The position numbers and the translations under genes were made by a program. Of a DNA stretch of 64,000 nt, positions 28,186 through 37,720 are shown in pieces (the first letter of the stretch is position 1; every line of letters starts with the position of its first letter). Source of the stretch: Lachnospiraceae bacterium (lineage in GTDB: Bacteria > Bacillota > Clostridia > Lachnospirales > Lachnospiraceae); NCBI GenBank assembly GCA_017634065.1, contig JAGBOC010000011.1:60412-124411 (forward strand), written 5' to 3'. Below the pieces are notes generated by a model. It was given only the letters and a program-made list of their open reading frames with translations, had not been told where the DNA came from and made no database searches.

Positions 28186-28911
28186 ATGAGTTATACAGTA
28201 GTAAAAGGAATGCAATCAGAAATATTTGCACCTGTTACACCTCCACCAGTATGGGCTCCAGTTAAAAAACCACTTAATCAAATGATTATAGCAATAGCAA
28301 CTGCTGCCGGTGTTCACTGCAAATCTGATGAAAGATTCAATTTGTCTGGTGACTTCACTTGGAGAAAGGTTCCAGATAGTACTAAACCAGAAGACTTAAT
28401 GGTATCTCATGGTGGATACGACAACAGTGATGTTAATAAAGATATAAATTGTATGTTCCCATATGAGAGACTTCATGAACTTGCAAGAGATGGAGTTATT
28501 GGTGGAGTAGCTAAAACCCACGCAACATTCATGGGTGGTGGCGGAAACCAAGAGAAATTCAAAAACGAGACAGGACCAGCTATCGCTGAGTTCTTAAAAT
28601 CAGAAGGAGTTGATGGAGTTCTTATGACTGCTGGATGAGGAACTTGTCATAGGTCTGCCGTGCTCGTGCAGAGAGCTATTGAACAAGCTGGAATACCTAC
28701 AATTATCATAGCAGCTCTTCCTCCAGTTGTTAAACAAACAGGTACTCCAAGGGCTACAGCTCCACTTGTACCAATGGGTGCAAATGCTGGTAAGCCACAT
28801 GATAGAGAAATGCAATACAATATTTGTAAGGATACTCTTGAGCAACTTGTTAAGATAGATGCTCCAGGAAAAATTGTTCCACTTCCTTATGAGTATGTAG
28901 CAAAGGTATAA
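28186..28911 (+). CDS. prdB: D-proline reductase selenoprotein PrdB (in-frame UGA = Sec at 28636-28638)
   Basis: ORFs 28186..28638 and 28660..28911 share one frame. Read-through gives 'LMTAG-U-GTCHRSAVLVQRAIEQAGIPT', the PrdB/GrdB-type UxxC redox motif. selC, selA and selB are in the same window. Confidence 0.9.
28636..28672 (+). other. UGA-Sec recoding site with candidate SECIS hairpin
   Basis: TGA at 28636. Short hairpin 'tctgc-cgtgctcgt-gcaga' (28654-28672) 15 nt downstream. The stem is only 5 bp, so the SECIS assignment is tentative. Confidence 0.5.
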
Positions 28912-28920
28912 CATAATAAA

Positions 28921-28951
28921 AAATCCAAGGGCAATGCTCTTGGATTTTTTT
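28921..28951 (+). terminator. Rho-independent terminator after prdB
   Basis: 'aaatccaag...cttggattt' followed by a T-run. Confidence 0.8.
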
Positions 28952-29037
28952 ATTACTGAAATAACATAAAGTTTAATCATAATTTATTCTAAAAATAGGT
29001 CAAGAGTTTTTCCTGGCCTATTTTATTTTAATAAAAC

Positions 29038-29066
29038 TTGAAAAAATACTCATTTTGTACTAAAAT
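29038..29066 (+). promoter_or_regulatory. Sigma-A-type promoter
   Basis: TTGAAA, 17 nt, TAAAAT. Confidence 0.5.
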
Positions 29067-29102
29067 TATAGATTATTATAAAATTAAAGGGGTTTATTAA
29101 TT

Positions 29103-30320
29103 ATGAAAAAATTATTGAGTGTTTTGCTTTCAAGCATACTTGTATTTTCTCTTGTAGCTTGTAGTAATGGAAGTACAGCAAGTAATACAAATGCTGGTAC
29201 TTCATCAGAAAAAATCCATATAGGTATCGTTACTGGTTCTGTATCTCAATCAGAAGATGATCGCCGTGGAGCAGAGAAATTCCAAGAGATGTATGGTGCA
29301 GATAATGTAAAACTTGCTATATATCCAGATAACTTCACTGATGAACTTGAGACAACTATTCAAACTATTGTAAATCTATCTGATGATCCAGATATGAAAG
29401 CTATAGTTGTAAATCAAGCAGTACCTGGAACTACTGAAGCATTTAGAAGAATTAAAGAAAGACGTCCAGACATTCTTTGTATCGCAGGAGAGTCACATGA
29501 AGATTTACCAGAGATAGGTTCTGCCGCTGACCTTGTATGTAATAACGACTTCGTTGCAAGAGGTTATTTAATTATAAAGACAGCACATGATCTTGGATGT
29601 GATACATTTGTTCACGTTTCATTCCCAAGACATATGGCTTATGAAACTATGAGCCGTCGTGTAGCTATAATGAGAGAAACTTGTAATGAGTTAGGTATGA
29701 ACTTTGTTCTTGAGACTGCTCCAGATCCAACATCAGATGTAGGTGTATCTGGTGCACAAGCATATCTTCTTGAGAAAGTTCCTGAATGGGTTGAGAAGTA
29801 TGGTCAAAATGCAGCATATTTCTGTACAAATGATGCACACACTGAACCACTTCTTAAACAACTTCTTGCATATGGTGGATACTTTATAGAAGCAGATCTT
29901 CCATCACCACTTATGGGATATCCAGGAGCACTTGGTATAGATCTTACAGCAGAAGCAGGAGATTTTGAAAAGATATTGAATAAAGTTGAAGCAGCTGTAA
30001 ATGAAAAAGGTGGAGCAGGTAGATTTGGTACTTGGGCATATAGCTATGGCTATACTCAATCAGCTGGTCTTGCTCAACATGCTTTGAATGTCGTAAAAGG
30101 TGAAAGTGAGCTTTGCGATATTGATGATATAGCAAAAGCATACAAAGTATTCACTCCAAAAGCATCTTGGAATGGATCAAATTATACAAATGTTGATACA
30201 GGTGTTAAACTTGGAAATGTATTTCTTGTATATCAAGATACTTATATAATGGGTAATCCTGGTAAATACATGGGATCAACTGATGTAACAGTTCCAGAGA
30301 AGTATTTCTCTATAAAGTAA
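29103..30320 (+). CDS. DUF3798-type lipoprotein, putative ABC substrate-binding protein
   Basis: Lipobox 'LVAC'. Periplasmic-binding-protein-like size, followed by ATPase and permeases. Confidence 0.7.
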   Translation: MKKLLSVLLSSILVFSLVACSNGSTASNTNAGTSSEKIHIGIVTGSVSQSEDDRRGAEKFQEMYGADNVKLAIYPDNFTDELETTIQTIVNLSDDPDMKAIVVNQAVPGTTEAFRRIKERRPDILCIAGESHEDLPEIGSAADLVCNNDFVARGYLIIKTAHDLGCDTFVHVSFPRHMAYETMSRRVAIMRETCNELGMNFVLETAPDPTSDVGVSGAQAYLLEKVPEWVEKYGQNAAYFCTNDAHTEPLLKQLLAYGGYFIEADLPSPLMGYPGALGIDLTAEAGDFEKILNKVEAAVNEKGGAGRFGTWAYSYGYTQSAGLAQHALNVVKGESELCDIDDIAKAYKVFTPKASWNGSNYTNVDTGVKLGNVFLVYQDTYIMGNPGKYMGSTDVTVPEKYFSIK

Positions 30321-30374
30321 TATTAATTAGAATCTTACATGCTATATAGTGTGATTTAAAGCATGACATTGTAT

Positions 30375-30405
30375 GGGCGGATTATTATATCCGCCCTATT
30401 TTTTG
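30375..30405 (+). terminator. Intra-operon terminator/attenuator after the binding-protein gene
   Basis: 'gggcgg-attattatat-ccgccc' followed by a T-run. Confidence 0.7.
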
Positions 30406-30431
30406 ATAATTTGAGTTAAAAGGTAAATAAG

Positions 30432-32018
30432 ATGAGAGAAAATGTTTTAGAGATGAAAAATATTCAGAAGTCTTATTTTGGGACGAAGGTTTTGCATGAT
30501 ATAAACTTAAGTCTTAAAGAAGGCGAGATAGTTGGTTTGGTTGGTGAAAATGGTGCTGGAAAAAGTACTCTCATGAATATACTATTTGGTGATGAAGTAA
30601 TAGCAAGTACTGGTGGTTATGATGGTGAGATTAAGATGTTTGGAAAGACAGTACATATCGGAAGTTCAAGAGATGCTCTTAAACTTGGTATTGGTATGGT
30701 TCATCAAGAGTTCTCACTTATACCAGGATTTACAGCTACTGAAAATATACTATTTAATAGAGAGCCAATCAAGAAAAATGTTGTGGCTAATGTATTTGGT
30801 GAAAGACTTGATACTTTAGATAGAAAAAAGATGAGAGAAATGGCAAAGTCTGCCATTGATAAAGTTGGAATTAAGATAGATGATGATATGCTTGTATCTG
30901 TTATGCCAGTTGGACATAAACAGTTTACAGAGATAGCAAGAGAAATAAGTAAAGATAACCTTAAAGTTTTGATTTTAGATGAGCCAACCGCAGTTCTTAC
31001 AGAGAAAGAAGCATCTACTATGCTTGAGTCAATAAAAAGTTTGGCAAGTAAGGGAATTGCGATTGTATTCATATCACATAGATTAAATGAGATTTTGGAT
31101 GTCTGCAACAAAGTAGTTATAATAAGAGATGGTTATGTAGTAAAAGATAGTGAGATAAGTAAGATTACTGTAAATGAGATTACGAAACATATGATAGGCA
31201 GAGAAGTAGACACAAAAAAAAGAGTTTCTCGAAATCTTGGTGACAGAGAAATAATAATGTCGATAAAAAATCTTTATGTAGATATGCCAGGTGAGAATGT
31301 AAAAAATCTTTCGCTTGATGTTCGAGATGGTGAGATACTTGGCATAGGTGGACTTGCAGGTCAGGGAAAACTTGGCATTCCAAATGGAATTATGGGCCTA
31401 TATGATGCGGAAGGTGAAGTACTATATAAGAATGAAAAAATCAACATAAGTGACCCAATGAGTGCACTTAATAAAGATATAGCATTTGTGTCAGAAGATA
31501 GAAGAGGAGTGGGGTTACTTCTTGATGAAACTTTGGAATGGAATATTTCATTTCTTACAATGCAAGTAAAAAATAAGTTTTTAAAACGTTTTCTTTCAAA
31601 ACTCATTTCATTTAGAGATAATAAAGCGATAAAAGATGTGACAGATCACTATATAGAAGCACTTAATATAAAGTGTACGAGTTCAAAACAAAAGGCAAAA
31701 GAACTTTCTGGTGGCAATCAACAAAAAGTATGCCTTGCAAAAGCATTTGCTATGCAGCCTAAGTTCTTATTTGTGTCAGAACCAACTCGTGGTATAGATG
31801 TTGGAGCAAAAGCTTTAGTTCTCGATGCACTTAAAGGTTATAATGAAAAATACGGCACTACTGTTGTTATGATATCATCTGAAATTGAAGAATTAAGACA
31901 AATATGCGATAGGATAGCAATAGTTTCGGATGGAAAGGTCGCAGGTATTTATGATGCATCAGAGTCTGCAGAGAAGTTTGGTGCACTTATGATTGGTGCG
32001 AGTGCAGGAGGTATGTAA
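30432..32018 (+). CDS. ABC transporter ATP-binding protein, duplicated ATPase (sugar/nucleoside CUT2-like)
   Basis: Walker A 'GENGAGKST', 'LILDEPT', second signature 'LSGGNQQK', 'VSEPTRGIDV'. Confidence 0.88.
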   Translation: MRENVLEMKNIQKSYFGTKVLHDINLSLKEGEIVGLVGENGAGKSTLMNILFGDEVIASTGGYDGEIKMFGKTVHIGSSRDALKLGIGMVHQEFSLIPGFTATENILFNREPIKKNVVANVFGERLDTLDRKKMREMAKSAIDKVGIKIDDDMLVSVMPVGHKQFTEIAREISKDNLKVLILDEPTAVLTEKEASTMLESIKSLASKGIAIVFISHRLNEILDVCNKVVIIRDGYVVKDSEISKITVNEITKHMIGREVDTKKRVSRNLGDREIIMSIKNLYVDMPGENVKNLSLDVRDGEILGIGGLAGQGKLGIPNGIMGLYDAEGEVLYKNEKINISDPMSALNKDIAFVSEDRRGVGLLLDETLEWNISFLTMQVKNKFLKRFLSKLISFRDNKAIKDVTDHYIEALNIKCTSSKQKAKELSGGNQQKVCLAKAFAMQPKFLFVSEPTRGIDVGAKALVLDALKGYNEKYGTTVVMISSEIEELRQICDRIAIVSDGKVAGIYDASESAEKFGALMIGASAGGM

Positions 32019-33076
32019 TGAATAGTAAGAGATTTAATATAAAAGAATTAATAAATGATTTTGGAGTGCCAAGACTAATCATTCTTGGATTCCTTATGCT
32101 ATTATTTATACTTGCACCATTTGTTGGAGCAGACCTTCCTACACAGTTTACAAATCTTTTTAATAGATTTAGCTGGAATGCAGTTCTTGTCCTTGCTATG
32201 GTTCCGATGATTCATTCAGGTTGTGGACTAAACTTTGGTCTTCCTTTTGGCATTATAGCTGGTCTTCTTGGAGGTACCATCGCTATAGAACTTGGATTTA
32301 CAGGAGCAATTAGTTTCTTGATGGCAATTCTTTTCGCTACACCATTTGCAATAATTTTTGGCTTCTTATATGGTATCTTACTTAATCATATAAAAGGTGG
32401 AGAGATGATGGTTGCAACTTATGTGGGATTCTCTGCAGTATCATTTATGTGTATGATGTGGCTACTTCTTCCTTATCATAGTCCTACAATGGTATGGGGT
32501 TATGAAGGAAAAGGACTTCGGACAACTATTTCTCTTGAAGGTTTTTATGACAAAGTCTTATCAAAGTTTTTAGAGATAAGGATTGGAAACTTTTCATTCC
32601 CAACTGGTGCAATTTTATTTTTTGCACTTTTAAGTTTCCTTATGTGGTGTTTCCTTCGCACAAAGACAGGCACAGCGATGACTGCAGTTGGCTCTAATCC
32701 AATATTTGCAAAGGCATCAGGAATAAATATTGATAAGATAAGAACTCTATCAGTTATTATGTCTACTTGGCTTGCTGCCATAGGTATACTTATATATGAA
32801 CAAGGTTTTGGATTTATACAACTTTATATGGCACCATTTAATATGGCTCTTCCAGCTGTATCAGCGATACTAATTGGTGGTGCATCAGTTAATAAAGCAA
32901 GTATAGCAAATGTCATTATCGGGACACTTCTTTTTCAAGGGATTGTAACTATGACACCAACAGTTATGAACTCTATGATACATATGGATATGAGTGAGGT
33001 TATAAGAATCATAGTTTCAAATGGTATGATACTTTATGCACTCACAAGAAAGACGAATGAAGGGAGGAGAGCATAA
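32018..33076 (+). CDS. ABC transporter permease
   Basis: Polytopic membrane protein, translationally coupled (ATGA-type overlaps), RbsC/BMP-permease-like. Confidence 0.8.
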   Translation: MNSKRFNIKELINDFGVPRLIILGFLMLLFILAPFVGADLPTQFTNLFNRFSWNAVLVLAMVPMIHSGCGLNFGLPFGIIAGLLGGTIAIELGFTGAISFLMAILFATPFAIIFGFLYGILLNHIKGGEMMVATYVGFSAVSFMCMMWLLLPYHSPTMVWGYEGKGLRTTISLEGFYDKVLSKFLEIRIGNFSFPTGAILFFALLSFLMWCFLRTKTGTAMTAVGSNPIFAKASGINIDKIRTLSVIMSTWLAAIGILIYEQGFGFIQLYMAPFNMALPAVSAILIGGASVNKASIANVIIGTLLFQGIVTMTPTVMNSMIHMDMSEVIRIIVSNGMILYALTRKTNEGRRA

Positions 33077-34164
33077 TGAAATTTGATATTAAAAAGTTTC
33101 TTGCAGATCGTTCTGTTCCTATAATGTTCATTATAATTTGTGTTGTGTGCATACCGCTCAGTGGTTTTTCTACTGGATATTTGTTAAATGAAATAGTGAC
33201 AAGAATAGTTAGAAATACTTTTTTAATTTTAAGTCTTCTTATACCTATAATGGCAGGGATGGGACTTAACTTTGGTATGACTCTTGGAGCAATGGCTGGA
33301 GAGATTGCACTTATATTTACATCAGACTGGCAAATCTGGGGGATTCCTGGAGTAGTACTTGCGATGATTTTATCTATACCTATATCAATACTTCTCGGTC
33401 TTCTTTGCGGAACTCTACTTAATAAATCAAAAGGTAGAGAAATGATCACAAGTTATATCATTAGCTTTTTTATAAATGGTATCTATCAACTTGTCGTTTT
33501 ATATATGATGGGACCAGTAATACCAATAATTCATGAGGCAATAAAACTTCCAAGAGGCTATGGTATAAGAAATACTGTAAGTCTTTTAAATATTCGACAA
33601 AGTATTGATAAGCTAATTGAGATAAATGTATTTGGCGTTAAAATACCAGTTTTAAGTTTTGTGATAATTCTACTTCTTTGCCTCTTTATAGTTTGGTTTA
33701 CTAAAACAAAACTTGGCCAGGATATGAGAGCTGTCGGTCAGAATATGGAAGTGGCAAGAGCATCGGGTATCAATGTAGAGAGAACGAGAGTATTATCTAT
33801 AGTTATGTCTACGGTTCTTGCTGGTTTTGGTATGATACTTTATCTTCAAAATATGGGAAATATAGCGACATATAGTTCTCATAGTCAGATAGGTATGTTT
33901 TGTATTGCTGCACTTCTTGTAGGTGGTGCATCAGTTGATAAGGCAAGTATAGGAAATGTATTTCTTGGAGTTATACTTTTCCATCTAATGTTTATAGTTG
34001 CACCAAAAGCCGGGACTGTTGTGACTGGAGACTCTATGATAGGAGAGTATTTTAGAGTATTTATATCTTATGGAGTTATAACTCTTGCACTGGTTATGTA
34101 TGAATCGAAAAAGCATAAGAAGAAAAAGATGACTGAAAATGGAGGAGAAAATGATGAAAAGTAA
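33076..34164 (+). CDS. ABC transporter permease
   Basis: Paralogous to the preceding permease, e.g. 'MRAVGQN...ARASGINV.R...LS.VMST.LAG'. Confidence 0.8.
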   Translation: MKFDIKKFLADRSVPIMFIIICVVCIPLSGFSTGYLLNEIVTRIVRNTFLILSLLIPIMAGMGLNFGMTLGAMAGEIALIFTSDWQIWGIPGVVLAMILSIPISILLGLLCGTLLNKSKGREMITSYIISFFINGIYQLVVLYMMGPVIPIIHEAIKLPRGYGIRNTVSLLNIRQSIDKLIEINVFGVKIPVLSFVIILLLCLFIVWFTKTKLGQDMRAVGQNMEVARASGINVERTRVLSIVMSTVLAGFGMILYLQNMGNIATYSSHSQIGMFCIAALLVGGASVDKASIGNVFLGVILFHLMFIVAPKAGTVVTGDSMIGEYFRVFISYGVITLALVMYESKKHKKKKMTENGGENDEK

Positions 34165-34633
34165 AAGTTTAATATATAAAATCATACTCGTTCTCGCCCT
34201 TATAGTTATTTGTTTCATAATGATATACATAGGTAGGGGTCACACTTTATACTTTGATAATAAAGGTATAATTCTTGAAGATGATGTAGCAGGAGCAGAG
34301 CTTAAGGCTCCTTATCGTATAAAGGTTTTTATAAAAGGTAAGGAAGTGGCAAATCTAAATGATGGCGATAGAGGTATGGCAATATGGATAGGACCAAAAG
34401 CTCATCTTGAACTTGAAGTTACAGAGGAAAAAGGCGGTGAGAAAGAAAAAATAGCTTTTGATGTCTCTCTTCCAAGAGCCTATGATGGAGTTGTTATAAA
34501 TCTTGTAGGATTGATAAATGCAGAACCTTATGATACTTATATAAGTGAGTTTATACCACTAGCGACAGTAACTTCGGAAAGTGAAGAAGAAGTTGTGCTT
34601 GACGAAATGGGTGGTTTAGGGTTTGGAGAATAG
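34154..34633 (+). CDS. Membrane-anchored hypothetical protein co-transcribed with the ABC transporter
   Basis: 'ggaggag' RBS then ATG-ATG (34151/34154). One N-terminal TM 'IILVLALIVICFIMIYI'. Confidence 0.5.
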   Translation: MKSKSLIYKIILVLALIVICFIMIYIGRGHTLYFDNKGIILEDDVAGAELKAPYRIKVFIKGKEVANLNDGDRGMAIWIGPKAHLELEVTEEKGGEKEKIAFDVSLPRAYDGVVINLVGLINAEPYDTYISEFIPLATVTSESEEEVVLDEMGGLGFGE

Positions 34634-34657
34634 TGTCTCATTTAGTGAAAAACAATA

Positions 34658-34686
34658 TTGACAATTTGTTATGGATTTATTATAAT
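34658..34686 (+). promoter_or_regulatory. Consensus sigma-A promoter for putP
   Basis: TTGACA, 17 nt, TATAAT (perfect hexamers), followed by a ~185-nt leader. Confidence 0.65.
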
Positions 34687-34871
34687 AATATTAAGAAAAA
34701 ATTAAGAAATCCATATTACTTGTGGGACAAGCTCTGTGCATTTCTTAATTTCGGATAAGCATTATTTTTGGGCGTGTTTTTAGGGGGACTAAAAGGGCGT
34801 GTAAATCTAATCTTATTTCTCTTTTAAGCGATGAGGAAATGAGTCGCTACTGGAAAGAAAGGAGAAAGATT

Positions 34872-36413
34872 ATGAGTACAAGTTTTGCTATTTTGGCGGT
34901 TATTATTGTTTACCTATTGTTTGTTATATTCACTGGAGTAATGATTGGTAGAAAAACCAAGCAGAGTAGTGAAGGTTTCTTCCTTGGTGGTCGTGGTATG
35001 GGACCACTTGTTACAGCGATGTCAGCCGAAGCATCAGATATGAGTTCATATCTACTTATGGGTATACCAGGTGTAGCATATCTTACTGGTGTAGCAGATG
35101 CAACTTGGACAGCTATAGGACTTGGCATCGGAACTTATCTTAATTTCTTACTTGTTGCAAAAAGATTACGTCGTTATAGTGCTAAAATTGATGCAATAAC
35201 AATTCCTGGATTCTTCCAGAAAAGATTTGCACCAAAGTCTACACTCATTGAAACTGTTGCTGCACTTATCATTATTATTTTCTTTATACCTTATGTAGCA
35301 TCAGGACTTCAAGCTATAGGAAAATTATTTACGACTTTATTTGAAATGGATTACATAGTGGGTGTCGTTATAGGAGCTGTTGTTATCCTTTCATATTCTA
35401 CTATTGGTGGATTTGGATCAGTAGCAGTTATGGACCTTATACAGTCTATTATTATGACATTTGCACTCGCAGTTATAGTATTTTTTGCTATTAATAGAGC
35501 TGGTGGTTGGGGCAATGCTATGCAGTATTTAAGTACTCTCCCAGGATATCTTAAACTAAATGAGACATTTACTGGTGGAGATACAGCAGGAGCATATGGA
35601 ATTATAACTATTATTTCTACGATGGCATGGGGACTTGGATACTTTGGAATGCCACATATCTTGGTTCGTTTCATGTCAATTCGTGATGAAAACGAATTAA
35701 AATTATCAAGAAGAATTGCAGCTGTATGGGTATTTATATCTATGGGAGTTGCAATAATTATAGGACTTATAGGTAAGGCAATGTCACATAGTGGTGCTAT
35801 TGTTGAACTTGCTGGTTCTGATTCAGAAAGAGTTATCATATATATAGCAAACTTACTTGCTAAAAATGGTGTATTCTTTGCTATCATTGCAGGTGTTATA
35901 TTAGCAGGTATTTTAGCAGCAACTATGTCTACAGCAGATTCACAACTTCTTTGTGCTGCATCATCATTTTCAGAGAATCTTATGCAAGATACTTTCAAGA
36001 AAAAACTTGACCAAAAGACTTCTCTTATAGCAGCAAGATGCACTATAGTTGTTATTATAATTCTCGCTATATTTATAGCAAGTAATCCTGAATCACCTAT
36101 AGGCAAGAGTATATTCCAAGTAGTTGCATTTGCCTGGGCTGGATTTGGTGCTTGCTTTGGTCCTGGCATGCTTCTTGCACTCTTTGACAAGAAGATGAAT
36201 CATCAGGGAATAGTTGCTGGTATGTTAGCAGGTGCTATAATGATATTTGTATGGAAGTTTGGTGTTAGACCACTTGGTGGAGCATGGAATATATATGAAC
36301 TTCTTCCAGCATTCCTTGTTAATTTAGTTGTAGCAATTATCGTATCAAAAGTTACACCAGAACCAAGTGCTGAAATACAAAAAACATATGATGAGGTTAT
36401 GACAAATATTTAA
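34872..36413 (+). CDS. putP: Sodium:proline symporter (SSS family)
   Basis: SSS-family multi-TM protein, 'FFLGGRGMGP', about 513 aa. Start at ATG 34872 behind 'aaaggag'. Confidence 0.85.
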   Translation: MSTSFAILAVIIVYLLFVIFTGVMIGRKTKQSSEGFFLGGRGMGPLVTAMSAEASDMSSYLLMGIPGVAYLTGVADATWTAIGLGIGTYLNFLLVAKRLRRYSAKIDAITIPGFFQKRFAPKSTLIETVAALIIIIFFIPYVASGLQAIGKLFTTLFEMDYIVGVVIGAVVILSYSTIGGFGSVAVMDLIQSIIMTFALAVIVFFAINRAGGWGNAMQYLSTLPGYLKLNETFTGGDTAGAYGIITIISTMAWGLGYFGMPHILVRFMSIRDENELKLSRRIAAVWVFISMGVAIIIGLIGKAMSHSGAIVELAGSDSERVIIYIANLLAKNGVFFAIIAGVILAGILAATMSTADSQLLCAASSFSENLMQDTFKKKLDQKTSLIAARCTIVVIIILAIFIASNPESPIGKSIFQVVAFAWAGFGACFGPGMLLALFDKKMNHQGIVAGMLAGAIMIFVWKFGVRPLGGAWNIYELLPAFLVNLVVAIIVSKVTPEPSAEIQKTYDEVMTNI

Positions 36414-36433
36414 TCAAATCATAAATTATTATA

Positions 36434-36459
36434 AAAGAGTAGTTAATTCTACTCTTTTA
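36434..36459 (+). terminator. Rho-independent terminator after putP
   Basis: 'aaagagtag-ttaatt-ctactcttt'. Confidence 0.7.
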
Positions 36460-36461
36460 TA

Positions 36462-36490
36462 TTGAAAAAAAGTGTCAAATATAGTAAAAT
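36462..36490 (+). promoter_or_regulatory. Sigma-A-type promoter for prdF
   Basis: TTGAAA, 17 nt, TAAAAT, followed by a ~128-nt leader. Confidence 0.5.
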
Positions 36491-36618
36491 AGAAGAGTTA
36501 TATATAATATAACCACATCGGAACGTTGTGGGTATAACATATAATATAAAAGAACAAAGTTTTTGTTTGAGGAAAAAAAATAAAAATGAGTTCAGGTAAA
36601 ATATTAAGGAGGTTAGTT

Positions 36619-37668
36619 ATGAAAATTACACGTAAAGTTGACTACAAAAAGTATGAAAGAGTACTTGAAGTTATCGATGCTCATACTGAAGGAGAGTTTT
36701 GCCGTATCGTTACAGGCGGATTTGATGAGCCACAAGGTAAGGATATGATTGAAAAGAAAAACTGGATGGTAAAGAATGCTGACAATATACGTACTGCTCT
36801 TATGCATGAACCAAGAGGTCACAGAGAGATGTTCGGTGCTTTCCTTTGTGAGCCAGTTCATAAAGAAGCTGATTACGGAGTTATATTTATGGATACTGGT
36901 GGCTACCTTAATATGTGTGGACACTGTACTATAGGATCAGTAACTGTAATTCTTGAGGGTGGACTTAAAGAGATGCATGAAGGCGAGAATGAAGTAGTTC
37001 TTGATGCACCAGCAGGTATCATCAGAACAAAGGCTATGGTAAAGAATGGTAAGGTTGAGTCAGTAACTCTTACTAACGTACCAGCATTTGTATTCAAAGA
37101 GAATTGTAAGACAACTGTAGATTTTGAGGGAAAGAAATATGAAGTTCCATTTACTATATCATTTGGTGGATCATTCTTTGCACTTGTTGATACAACTAAA
37201 GTGACACCGGCTATACCTGATATTGTAGCAAAAAATGCTGGATGGTATTCTAATTTCGGAATGGCTTGTTTAGCAAAAGTAAATGAAGCAGAGAAAGTAA
37301 AACACCCTGAACTTGACATTACAACTATTGATCTTATGGAATTCTTCCAAGATGAGCCTGATAAGAGTAAGGCAGACAAGAGAAACTGTGTAGTATTCGG
37401 TGACCATTCTGTCGACAGATCTCCATGTGGCACTGGTACATCAGCAAAACTTGCTACACTTCATCACCTTGGCGAGATAAAAGTCGGCGAGAAGTTCAGA
37501 TATGAGAGTATTATTGGTTCACTCTTTATAGGTGAGATAAAGGAGACTACAAAAGTTGGTAACTTTGATGCAGTCGTTCCTATGGTTACAGGTGCTGCAT
37601 ATCTTACAGGAGTTGCTGATTATATAATTGACCAAGAAGATCCAAAGAGATACGGATTTGTAGTTTAG
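36619..37668 (+). CDS. prdF: Proline racemase
   Basis: 'DAHTEGE', catalytic Cys pair in 'NMCGHCTIG' and 'DRSPCGTGTSAK'. Start at ATG 36619 after 'aaggagg'. Confidence 0.92.
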   Translation: MKITRKVDYKKYERVLEVIDAHTEGEFCRIVTGGFDEPQGKDMIEKKNWMVKNADNIRTALMHEPRGHREMFGAFLCEPVHKEADYGVIFMDTGGYLNMCGHCTIGSVTVILEGGLKEMHEGENEVVLDAPAGIIRTKAMVKNGKVESVTLTNVPAFVFKENCKTTVDFEGKKYEVPFTISFGGSFFALVDTTKVTPAIPDIVAKNAGWYSNFGMACLAKVNEAEKVKHPELDITTIDLMEFFQDEPDKSKADKRNCVVFGDHSVDRSPCGTGTSAKLATLHHLGEIKVGEKFRYESIIGSLFIGEIKETTKVGNFDAVVPMVTGAAYLTGVADYIIDQEDPKRYGFVV

Positions 37669-37720
37669 TATATAATATTCAAGGGTGGCATTTGCCACCC
37701 TTGTATTTATAGGAGATACT

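Noticed and set aside
35351-36190. A 279-aa ORF on the - strand.
   Set aside because: It is entirely antisense to the well-supported putP gene, has hydrophobic low-complexity content mirroring a membrane-protein gene, and has no RBS. The same reasoning applies to 23151..23636, 36903..37433, 42320..42760, 21152..21574, 33042..33449 and 27493..27912.
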